A DNA stretch of 54,345 nucleotides from Chthoniobacteraceae bacterium (GTDB taxonomy: Bacteria > Verrucomicrobiota > Verrucomicrobiia > Chthoniobacterales > Chthoniobacteraceae). The position numbers were made by a program, and so were the translations under genes. The DNA lies in the NCBI GenBank assembly GCA_031409335.1, contig JANNWY010000279.1, positions 1 to 54,345 on the forward strand. The letters run 5' to 3'. Shown here piece by piece: positions 41,921 through 50,410 of the stretch. The notes beneath the pieces were generated by a model. That model had not been told where the DNA came from, made no database searches, and worked only from the letters and a program-made list of their open reading frames with translations. Position 1 is the stretch's first letter. Every line of letters begins with the position of its first letter.

Positions 41921-42350
41921 GTGTTGCACAGTCCCGGATGCCGGAGCCGCTACGCGGAGTTTCTGGAGATCGATTTCCCGCGTCTGCCGTTTACCGGGAA
42001 CCGGGAGCTGTTCCGCGCGCTGCCCCGGCTCGGCGGCGCACTCAGCGCCCTGCACCCTGCTGGGATTCAACGTAGGCGGGGTTTCCAACCTCGCTCACCG
42101 CGCCTAAGCGAGGTTGGAAACCTCGCCTACTTTCATCGGGAACTTCCACATCGGCGGCTATCAGGTCTGCGCGAAATGGCTCAAAGACCGCAAAGGCCGG
42201 GAACTCACGAAGGACGACCTCACCCATTGCCAAAAGATCGTCGTCGCCCTCGCCGAAACCATCCGGCTGATGGCGGAGATCGACGCCGTCATCGAGCAAC
42301 ACGGCGGCTGGTCGGAGGCCTTCGCCACCAGCGAAACCAGCCGAAGATAG
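41921..42350 (+). pseudogene. C-terminal relic of a Type ISP restriction-modification enzyme, interrupted by a REP doublet
   Basis: LHSP..R.RYAEFL.IDFPRLP before the REP and FHIGGYQVC.KWLKDRKGR.L...IV.AL.ETIRLM.EID after it. Confidence 0.8.
42072..42130. repeat. GTAG-type REP inverted doublet
   Basis: GTAGGCGGGGTTTCCAACCTCGCT - 11 nt - AGCGAGGTTGGAAACCTCGCCTAC; 24-bp arms with one mismatch. Confidence 0.85.
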
Positions 42351-42412
42351 ACGAGCACCTGAGGCATCCGCTGCCAGACTCCAAATCAATGCGGTGACGG
42401 TTTCCCCGCGCC

Positions 42413-42715
42413 TCAGAACTTCCCCGAACGCATCACGCGCACGTCGGACTCGAAGGCAATCATCCCGTATCGGGGAAACAGTTCACCTTCCAGGCGCGTG
42501 AGCAAAGCTTGTGCGGCGGCGGGTTGGAGCACGACTTCGATTTGCACGTTGGCGAACTCTTTCATCTCGCCGGTGCGCTCGCCGCCGGCACCCGCGCCCT
42601 CGACGGTGAAGTGCGTCCAGCCATGCGCGCCGACTTCGCGGAGCAGCTTCTTCACCGGCTCGAGCGCGTAGGCTTCGCAGACGATGGTCACGAGTTTCAT
42701 CGGGTGGGTAGTCAT
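42413..42715 (-). CDS. PII-like signal protein (SbtB-like)
   Basis: MKLVTIVCE, GAHGWT...V.G.G..G.R, NV.IE.V, V.R..KF; directly downstream of the SbtA-family gene. Confidence 0.88.
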   Translation of the reverse strand: MTTHPMKLVTIVCEAYALEPVKKLLREVGAHGWTHFTVEGAGAGGERTGEMKEFANVQIEVVLQPAAAQALLTRLEGELFPRYGMIAFESDVRVMRSGKF

Positions 42716-42719
42716 GGCT

Positions 42720-43694
42720 TTACCGGTAGAGGACGCGGGCAATCTCGAGGTAGATGGGGATGCCGAGGGTGATGTTGAAGGGGAAGGTGATGGCGAGCGA
42801 CGAGGTGAGGTAGAGCGTGGGGTTGGCTTCGGGCAGCGACATGCGGATGGCGGCGGGCGCGGCGATGTAGGAGGCGCTCGATGAGAGCACGCCGAGCAAG
42901 GTCGCGCCACCGAGTTCGAGGCCGGTGAGTTTTCCGAGGAGCACGCCAAGCGCTCCATTGACGATCGGGACGAGGATGCCGAAGCCGAGCAGGAAAGGGC
43001 CGACTTTCCGCAGGTCGCCAACGCGCCGTCCGGCGACTACGCCCATTTCGAGGAGAAAGAGCGCGAGCACGCCTTGGAATGGCGTGACGAAGAACGGCTC
43101 GACCTTTTTCATCCCCGGCTCGCCGCAGAGAAATCCGACGACCAGCGCGCCGACGAGCAGGAAGATGCTGCGGCCTAACAGCGCCTCATGCACAGCGGTG
43201 CGCAGCGAGGCGTTCGATGATTCGCCGGTCTTCTTCAGGGCCATTTTTCCAAGCACCACGCCGACGAGGATGGCGGGAGCTTCCATGACGGCGAGGAACG
43301 CGGTGGCGTAGTTCTCGAAGGGTTGGTCGATGGCTTTGAGATAGTTTGTCGCGGCGATGAAAGTAACCGCGCTGACCGAGCCGTAGTGCGCGGCGATCGC
43401 GGCGGCATCGACGCCGGGCAGCTTCCCGCCGAAGCGCAGCAGTGGGTAAGTCCATAGCGGGATGAGCGCGCCGAGCACCATCGCCGCGAGCGCGGGGAAC
43501 CAGACCTTCGCGAGGCCAGCCTCCGCGATGGCCACACCGCCTTTGAAGCCGATCGCGATCAGCAGGTAGATGGTGAGCCCGACGTAGAGCGGCTCGGGAA
43601 ATTTCAGGTCGCTCCTGGTCAGCGCGGCGATGAGGCCGAGCACGAAGAAGAGGACGGCGGGCGAGAGCAGGTTGGCCCCGATCGCGTCGAACAT
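42720..43694 (-). CDS. sbtA: SbtA-family sodium-dependent bicarbonate transporter
   Basis: SDL.FP, YLL.AIG.KGG, AAHYGSVSAVTF, MEAPAI, FLLEMG, SASYIAAPAA, SLAITFPFNI. Confidence 0.93.
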   Translation of the reverse strand: MFDAIGANLLSPAVLFFVLGLIAALTRSDLKFPEPLYVGLTIYLLIAIGFKGGVAIAEAGLAKVWFPALAAMVLGALIPLWTYPLLRFGGKLPGVDAAAIAAHYGSVSAVTFIAATNYLKAIDQPFENYATAFLAVMEAPAILVGVVLGKMALKKTGESSNASLRTAVHEALLGRSIFLLVGALVVGFLCGEPGMKKVEPFFVTPFQGVLALFLLEMGVVAGRRVGDLRKVGPFLLGFGILVPIVNGALGVLLGKLTGLELGGATLLGVLSSSASYIAAPAAIRMSLPEANPTLYLTSSLAITFPFNITLGIPIYLEIARVLYR

Positions 43695-43702
43695 TTCCAC
43701 CG

Positions 43703-44626
43703 TTAGATTACACCCTTGAGCAACGTCGCAATGTTCGCACCCTGGAGCTGCTGGCTCTGCTCGGTGATCTGCGCGGTGTATTTTTGCGCGAGCGTTTTCC
43801 CTTCGGCGAGGAGCGGCGGGTATTTGGTTTTGAGCGTGTCCATGCTCAGGCTGCGGCCGCTGTCGTAGTAAAGTTTGGCCAGTTGGCCGAGCGCGTAGGT
43901 GGCGCCGAAGGACATGGTGATGCCGCCGACAGCGTCGCCGATCTTGCCACCCATTTTGCCAGCGACGGTTTTGCCAAGTCCCTTGGTGAGTCGGCGCGCG
44001 AAGCCTTCGAAGACTTGCGAGGCGAGGCCGATGCCGACGGTGGCCATGAATTCGACGATGGATTTGCGGTCGAGTTCGACACCGCGCTGGCTGCCGATGC
44101 GATAGACCATCTTGGTCTGCATGGGCACGATGGCGAGCGTGGCCAGGGTCTGCGGGAGCAGTTCCAGCGCGCCGCCGACGATGGCATAGCGCAGGATCAT
44201 GGCATCGGTTTCCTCGGACTGCGCGGGCGTGGGTGAGGCCACGGGAATGGTGGCGAGCGCGGTGGCCTCGGCCTCCAAAGGCTGTGTGCTGGCGGCGGGC
44301 AGGGCGAGCGCGGTGCGGAGTTGATCGAGGAATTGCTGCTCGGCGGCGTTGCACACTTCGTCCGCATCGCACACGCACACGGCCATCTCGTAGGCGAGCT
44401 GGCGGGAGCCGGGCGTGAGCAGCCGCGCGGCGACTGCGGCGACGTTGGGCTTGTTCAGCAGCACTTCCTGATACAGCGCGGTAACGTCCACTTCCCCGCC
44501 GGCGAGCGAGTCGGTGATCTTCTTGAGCTGCTGGCGCTCGCGCTCATGTTTGTCGCCATCGGCAAAGGACGCGATGAGGCAAAGGGTGAGGATGGCTTCG
44601 GTTTCGGAGGTGGTCAGTGCAGGCAT
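43703..44626 (-). CDS. TerB-like plus DUF697-like domain protein
   Basis: SFADG.K.ERER, AYEMAVCVCDAD...AE..FL..LR..L, then ELLPQ..Q.KMVY.IG, TYALG. Confidence 0.8.
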   Translation of the reverse strand: MPALTTSETEAILTLCLIASFADGDKHERERQQLKKITDSLAGGEVDVTALYQEVLLNKPNVAAVAARLLTPGSRQLAYEMAVCVCDADEVCNAAEQQFLDQLRTALALPAASTQPLEAEATALATIPVASPTPAQSEETDAMILRYAIVGGALELLPQTLATLAIVPMQTKMVYRIGSQRGVELDRKSIVEFMATVGIGLASQVFEGFARRLTKGLGKTVAGKMGGKIGDAVGGITMSFGATYALGQLAKLYYDSGRSLSMDTLKTKYPPLLAEGKTLAQKYTAQITEQSQQLQGANIATLLKGVI

Positions 44627-44891
44627 GTGGATGGAATTCGCGTGGGTTTGGATGATGGAAAGAAGCCATCATTCGTCGCTCGCAAGCAAGAGCACAACCG
44701 TCCGCTCACCGTCTGGAGATGCAAACGCACCGCGCCGTCGGTAGCTTTTAGTCCGTGCATGTGTGCAGACTTCCCAACGGAATGGGAAGGGGGCATGAGA
44801 ATGTTTTCCGCACGCGCACACACTCGCGGGAAGGTGTGGCGCTTCGCGCGCGCGTGGATTCATGCGGAGGGCCGCATGAGCCACTTGCTGC

Positions 44892-45998
44892 CTAAGCCAG
44901 CACCTTGCGGTGAATCCAAACGCTGTTCACCAGCCCGAGGCCGAACATCACCATCACGATGAACGTGCCGCCGTAGCTCACGAGCGGGAGCGGGAGGCCG
45001 GTGATGGGCATGAGCGCGATCGTCATTCCGATGTTTTGATAGACGTGGAAAAATACCTGCCCGCAAAAACCGGCGGTGATGAGCAGACCGATTTCGTCGG
45101 AGGACTGGTACGCGGTGAAAAGCATGCTCAACAGCAGGACGGCAAATGTTCCCAGCAAAATGACGCCGCCGATGAATCCCCACTGCTCGCCGATCGCGGA
45201 AAAGATGTAGTCGGTGTGAACCGTGGTGCCGGGGAGGAAGCCTTGTTCGACGAGCGTGTTCTCGGCCTTGAAACCTTTGCCATTCAGCCCGCCGGAGCCG
45301 ATGGCGATGAGGGATTGATTGATCGCCCAGCCCGCGCCGCGCGGATCGATGCCGGGATCGATGAAGGTGACGATGCGCTGCCGCTGATAGGGTTTGAGCA
45401 CAAAATTGATCGCGACTGGCACGGCGCACAGTCCGATAAGGACGATGACGATGAGATAACGCTTGGGAATTCCACCGAGGAAAAGCATGACCATGATGGT
45501 CGGCACCCACACGAGCGTCATGCCGAAGTCGGGCTGTTTCAGGATCAGCGCCATCGGCCCGCCGACGATCGCGCCGACGATGCACAGCTTCAGGAAAGGA
45601 TGGATGCGGCGGAACTGGCTGAGGAAAAGCGAGACGACCATCACGCCCGCGATGACGCAGAGCTGAGATGGCTGAATCGTGCCAATGCCGGGAAGCGCGA
45701 GCCAGCATTTCGCGCCGCCGTGTTCCTGGCCGAGACTCGTGTAGGTGAGCATCAGCAGTCCGATGCTGACGAGGTAGAATGGGAGCGCGGCCCACTTGAT
45801 CCACCGATAATCGAGCACGCTGCACACGATGAAAATCGCGAGGCCGATTCCCACCCACACCACCTGCCGCTGCCAGTAATCCACCGGTCGAAAGAACGTG
45901 GCGCTGTACACCGCAAACACCCCGAACACCGCGAGCGCGAGCATCGTCGCAACGAGCACCCAGTTCATCCCGAGGAGTTTTCTGATCAGTGGAGTCAT
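44892..45998 (-). CDS. rodA: Rod shape-determining SEDS protein RodA
   Basis: GAK.W, IQPS, QPDFG, LKPYQ..RI, QS.IAIGSGG, HTDYIFS, MPITGLPLP.VSYGG. Confidence 0.93.
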   Translation of the reverse strand: MTPLIRKLLGMNWVLVATMLALAVFGVFAVYSATFFRPVDYWQRQVVWVGIGLAIFIVCSVLDYRWIKWAALPFYLVSIGLLMLTYTSLGQEHGGAKCWLALPGIGTIQPSQLCVIAGVMVVSLFLSQFRRIHPFLKLCIVGAIVGGPMALILKQPDFGMTLVWVPTIMVMLFLGGIPKRYLIVIVLIGLCAVPVAINFVLKPYQRQRIVTFIDPGIDPRGAGWAINQSLIAIGSGGLNGKGFKAENTLVEQGFLPGTTVHTDYIFSAIGEQWGFIGGVILLGTFAVLLLSMLFTAYQSSDEIGLLITAGFCGQVFFHVYQNIGMTIALMPITGLPLPLVSYGGTFIVMVMFGLGLVNSVWIHRKVLA

Positions 45999-46017
45999 CG
46001 CTTGGTCCGTGCCGTCC

Positions 46018-46806
46018 TCATGCAAACTTCGGAACCGCCGACAGCAACCGCTTCGTGTATTCGTGCTGCGGATTTTCGTAAATGGCCTCGGCGGTCGCGC
46101 TCTCGACGATCTTTCCGCGATACATCACGAGCACGTGATCGCTCACGTGCTCCACGACGGCGAGATCGTGGGCGATGAAGAGATAGGTGAGGTTGAGTTC
46201 TTCCTGGAGATCCTGGAGAAGATTCACGATTTGCGCCTGGACGCTCACGTCGAGCGCGCTGACGGGTTCGTCGCAGACGATAAACGTGGGCTTCACCGCG
46301 AGCGCGCGGGCGATGCCGATGCGCTGGCGCTGGCCGCCGCTGAACTCGTGCGGATAGCGGTGCCGCATTTCCGGCTTGAGGCCGACTTGATTCAGCAGCT
46401 CGACGACGCGCGCTTCGCGATCCGCGCGCGACATTTTCGGGAAGTGAATCTCGATCGCTTCACCGACGATTTGGAAAATCGTGTGGCGCGGATTCAGCGA
46501 ACCGAATGGGTCCTGAAAAATCATCTGCATCTCGCGGCGCAGCGGGCGGAACTCGGATTCACTCAGCGGCAAAATGCTGCGGCCATTGAAGCGCACCTCG
46601 CCGCCAGTCGCGGGCGCGAGTTTCAAAATGGTGCGCCCGATGGTGGTCTTGCCGCTCCCGCTTTCCCCGACGAGTCCGACGGTCGTGCCTTCGGTGATCG
46701 TGAAGCTCACATCATCGACTGCTTTCACATCGTCGGTGTGGCGGCGGAGGATGCCGGTGCGGACGGGGAACCAGGTGCGGAGATTGCGGACTTCGAGCAA
46801 AGACAT
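46018..46806 (-). CDS. Oligopeptide/dipeptide ABC transporter ATP-binding protein (OppF-like)
   Basis: [31 protein letters not shown]. Confidence 0.95.
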   Translation of the reverse strand: MSLLEVRNLRTWFPVRTGILRRHTDDVKAVDDVSFTITEGTTVGLVGESGSGKTTIGRTILKLAPATGGEVRFNGRSILPLSESEFRPLRREMQMIFQDPFGSLNPRHTIFQIVGEAIEIHFPKMSRADREARVVELLNQVGLKPEMRHRYPHEFSGGQRQRIGIARALAVKPTFIVCDEPVSALDVSVQAQIVNLLQDLQEELNLTYLFIAHDLAVVEHVSDHVLVMYRGKIVESATAEAIYENPQHEYTKRLLSAVPKFA

Positions 46807-46837
46807 TCGGATTGGGTCGGTGGTTTTTCTGTCGCGA

Positions 46838-47407
46838 TCAGGGTTTTTGCAACCGGCCGGAAATGGCGCGCGCGACGTTTTCGAGGTCGGTGTTCAGGAG
46901 CGCCTTCCACTGCTCGCCGTCGCGCTCGACGGTGGTGATCGCGATCTTCGTCGCGACCCCGTCGCCGAGCGTGCGGCTGAGGCGATAGACGATATGCACC
47001 TGGTTTTCACCCTCTTTCACGCTGCCGAGAATCTGAACTTCCATGCCGCTCATCGCGTTCTTGAAATCGGGTGTGGCGCCGGAAATGCCCTGCATTACGA
47101 TTTCGAAAAAAGCCGATGGAGACATGCTGGAGAGCTGATCCGCGGTCTTCCCGGCGAAGACGATTCGCATCATTTCCTCGGCCGCCGGATTGTTCTTCGC
47201 GGCGGACCCGGCGATCGCGACCGGGATGAACAGCGACTGCATCTGCGAGAGCGCTTTTGGATGCGTGTAGCGCGCGACGAGTTCCCAGTTGAGCTGGCGC
47301 ATCGCCTCGATCTGGCGCTTGGCGACGACCTCCGGCGTGGCCTCCTCGGCGGCGCGCACCGCGACGGTGGTGAATGCGATGGCGATGAGGCAAAGCAGCG
47401 TTTTCAT
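46838..47407 (-). CDS. Secreted hypothetical protein (possibly NTF2-like)
   Basis: Signal peptide; ATG overlaps the thiG stop. Confidence 0.75.
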   Translation of the reverse strand: MKTLLCLIAIAFTTVAVRAAEEATPEVVAKRQIEAMRQLNWELVARYTHPKALSQMQSLFIPVAIAGSAAKNNPAAEEMMRIVFAGKTADQLSSMSPSAFFEIVMQGISGATPDFKNAMSGMEVQILGSVKEGENQVHIVYRLSRTLGDGVATKIAITTVERDGEQWKALLNTDLENVARAISGRLQKP

Positions 47408-48207
47408 GCAGCGGAAGAATCGGAATGGAGGAAGGAAGTGAGCGGGCTGGTCGGCACGGCGATTTGCCCCGGCGTGCTCAGGCCGATGAGATGCGCCTCG
47501 CGCCCCGCCTCGACCGCGAGGCGAAACGCGCGCGCCATCCGCAAGGGATCGGACGCGATGGCGATGGCCGTATTCACGAGCACCGCAGCCGCGCCCATTT
47601 CGAGCGCCTCGGCGGCCTGGCTCGGCGCGCCGAGGCCCGCATCCACGACGACCGGGACGCTGCACTGCTCGAGGATGATCTCGATCATCGCGCGTGTTTC
47701 GACGCCGCGATTGCTGCCGATCGGCGAGCCGAGCGGCATCACCGTCGCCGCGCCCGCGTCTTCGAGACGACGCGCGAGCACCGGATCGGCATTGATGTAT
47801 GGCAGCACCGTAAAACCTTCCTTCACGAGAATCTCGGTGGCCTTCAGCGTCTCGATCGGGTCGGGCAGCAGGTAGCGCGGATCGGGATGAATTTCGAGTT
47901 TCACCCAATCTGAAATTCCCGCCGCCCGCGCGAGCCGCGCGAGCCGCACGGCTTCCTCCGCATTCATCGCGCCGCTGGTATTCGGCAGCAGCAGATATTT
48001 TTTCGGGTCGATGAAATCGAGGATGTTCGCAAACGGATCGCGTTTCCCCGAAAGGTCCGCGCGCCGCAGCGCCACGGTCACGATTTCCGTGCCGCTGGCT
48101 CCGAGCGCGGCGGCCATCCCGGCGTTCGACTAAAATTTTCCCGTGCCCAGCAGCAGTCGCGAATGGAATTCGCGACCGGCGATGATGAGTGGGTCGGCTG
48201 GAGACAT
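47404..48207 (-). pseudogene. thiG: Thiazole synthase ThiG with an in-frame TAG at codon 26
   Basis: MSPADPLIIAGREFHSRLLLGTGKF*SNAGM..., then [39 protein letters not shown]. The stop is at 48130-48132. Confidence 0.88.
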
Positions 48208-48300
48208 GGGTGGCGACCGTAACAGATCGACTTCGCATTTCCACACCGCAGATGCGTCCGCGAGACTTGCGATTTTTTTGCGGACTCCTACGGTTCACGC

Positions 48301-48861
48301 GTGCGTGAATTTGGTTCCTCGTCACTCAGCCTCGCCGGCTCATTGCTGGTCGCGCACCCGAGTCTTCTGGACTCGAATTTCTGCAAGTCGGTCATTTTTC
48401 TCTCCACGAATGACGGCGAGGAAGGCTCCTTCGGCCTCGTGCTAAACCGGCCCGCCGGCCGCACGGTTGCGGATCTTTTGCCCGATGCGGACCTCGACAA
48501 ACTTGGGTCGGTGCCAGTGTTCATTGGCGGCCCCGTGGCGGTCGATCAGCTCACCTTCGCAGCGTTCCGCTGGGATGCGGATGCGCGGAAATTGCAGTGC
48601 CAGCATCACCTCCCGCTGGAAGAGGCGCAGTCGGCGATCGCTTCGCGCAAATGCATCGTGCGCGCCTTCATCGGGTATGCGGGCTGGAGCAAGGGACAGC
48701 TCGAAGCGGAACTCGCGCATACGGCGTGGATGGTGACGCAGCCCGACCGCGAAACCCTACGAGCCAGCCGGGCTGCAACGATCTGGCGGGAAATGCTGAG
48801 CGGGTTCGGACCGTGGTTCCGGCTCGTGGCGGAAGCGCCGGAGGATCCTTCGCGCAACTAA
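48301..48861 (+). CDS. YqgE/AlgH family protein
   Basis: LLVA.P...D.NF..SV, G.VLNRP, GGPV, GYAGW..GQLE.E, P.DP..N. Confidence 0.92.
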   Translation: MREFGSSSLSLAGSLLVAHPSLLDSNFCKSVIFLSTNDGEEGSFGLVLNRPAGRTVADLLPDADLDKLGSVPVFIGGPVAVDQLTFAAFRWDADARKLQCQHHLPLEEAQSAIASRKCIVRAFIGYAGWSKGQLEAELAHTAWMVTQPDRETLRASRAATIWREMLSGFGPWFRLVAEAPEDPSRN

Positions 48862-48890
48862 CGCGCGTATTCTTTCAACACCCTCAAAAT

Positions 48891-50006
48891 ATGATCATCG
48901 GAATCCCAAAGGAAGTTAAGCAGCAGGAAAACCGTGTCGGGCTTTTGCCGTCCGCCGCCTATCAGCTCATCAAACGCAGTCACCGTGTGCTCGTCACAGC
49001 CGGCGCGGGTGTCGGCTCGGGCTATCCGGATGCGGAATACCAAGCCGCCGGAGCCGAGGTGCTCGCGGAGAACGCCGAGGTTTACGCGCAGGCGGACCTG
49101 ATCGTAAAAGTGAAGGAACCGCTGCCCGCGGAGTTCGCACTGCTGCGGCCCGGGCAAATCCTTTTCACCTATCTGCACCTTGCCGCGAGCAAGCCGCTCA
49201 CCGAAGCGCTGCTTGCCTCGCGCGTCACCGGCATCGCCTACGAGACGGTGGAAGTAAATCGCCGCCTGCCGCTGCTCGAGCCGATGAGCGAAGTCGCGGG
49301 CCGCATGTCGATCGTCGTCGGCGCGCACTATCTCGCGAAACATTTTGGTGGAAAAGGCGTGCTGCTTGGCGGCGTCCCCGGCGTGCTGCCGGGGCGCGTG
49401 GTGGTGATCGGCGGCGGCACCGCGGGCGTGAATGCCGCGCGCATGGCCACCGGCCTTGGCGCGGATGTGACCATCCTCGAAGTCGATGTCGAGCGGATGC
49501 GTTTCCTCGACATCACGATGCACACCGCGCACACGCTTTACTCCAGCCACGCGCATCTCACCGAGCTGCTGCCCACCGTCGATCTACTCATCGGCGCGGT
49601 GCTCGTGCCCGGAGCGAAAGCGCCGAAGCTCATCACGCGCGAAATGCTAAAGGCGATGAAGCCCGGCAGCGTGCTCGTCGATATCGCGATCGACCAGGGC
49701 GGCTGCATCGAAACCTCGCGCCCGACGACCCATCACGACCCGATTTTCGTGGAGGAAGAAGTGACCCACTACTGCGTGGCAAACATGCCCGCCGCATACT
49801 CGCGCACCGCCACGCAGGCGCTCACGAACGTCACGTATCGCTATATCGAAATCCTCGCCGACCACGGCATTCCCGGCGCATTCCAGCGCGATCCGCATCT
49901 GCTCGGCGGCCTGAATCTGATGGATGGAAAGATCACCTGCCGCGCCGTCGCCGAGGCCCACGGCTTCGACTACGTCGATCCCGAAGACGCCATCGCCGAG
50001 GTGTGA
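48891..50006 (+). CDS. ald: Alanine dehydrogenase
   Basis: [49 protein letters not shown]. Confidence 0.95.
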   Translation: MIIGIPKEVKQQENRVGLLPSAAYQLIKRSHRVLVTAGAGVGSGYPDAEYQAAGAEVLAENAEVYAQADLIVKVKEPLPAEFALLRPGQILFTYLHLAASKPLTEALLASRVTGIAYETVEVNRRLPLLEPMSEVAGRMSIVVGAHYLAKHFGGKGVLLGGVPGVLPGRVVVIGGGTAGVNAARMATGLGADVTILEVDVERMRFLDITMHTAHTLYSSHAHLTELLPTVDLLIGAVLVPGAKAPKLITREMLKAMKPGSVLVDIAIDQGGCIETSRPTTHHDPIFVEEEVTHYCVANMPAAYSRTATQALTNVTYRYIEILADHGIPGAFQRDPHLLGGLNLMDGKITCRAVAEAHGFDYVDPEDAIAEV

Positions 50007-50032
50007 GGGCGCTTCTTCAAGACCGCCCGCCC

Positions 50033-50315
50033 CTACGCCGCGTGCTTGAGCCGGTGCATCAATTGAAAAAACCGGATCGTGTCGCGCAGCGGGTGAATCT
50101 TGCTGACTTCATCGCCATACACCGTGCTCACCGGCACCGTCGCGATCGAGCCGCCGCGCCGCGCCGCGATCACCAGCATCTCGGTTTCAAAATCGTATTT
50201 GCTACTCTCCGTCTCGCAGAGCGCCGCGGCGTGGGTCGCGTTGGCGGCTTCGAGAAAGGCGGGAATTTCCTCCGGCAAATGCTGGCCGTCGCCATCGAGG
50301 ACGAGCACGTATTCC
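50033..50315 (-). pseudogene. Glycosyltransferase family 2 relic (N-terminus and central part missing)
   Basis: LDGDGQH.PEEIP joined almost directly to YDFETEML and VPV.T.YG.E.SKI.P.RD; the usual intervening D.Q.GFR segment is absent. Confidence 0.75.
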
Positions 50316-50410
50316 ACCGATGCGCGTCCGCTCAGCTCCTGTCGCCACGATGCGCTTTCTGCCTGATTTGCTGCTGACACCCTCGCCGCCGCCCGCTACA
50401 GACACGATGT

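Noticed and set aside
42365..42390. Possible attR copy of the tRNA-Pro 3' end
   Set aside because: Similarity is too weak to distinguish from chance.
48130..48132. Pyrrolysine or genome-wide amber recoding
   Set aside because: No pyl genes are present, and TAG terminates several intact genes here (SDR, iscA, vapC).
48208..48300. TPP riboswitch upstream of thiG
   Set aside because: No CTGAGA core or other TPP consensus on the coding strand.
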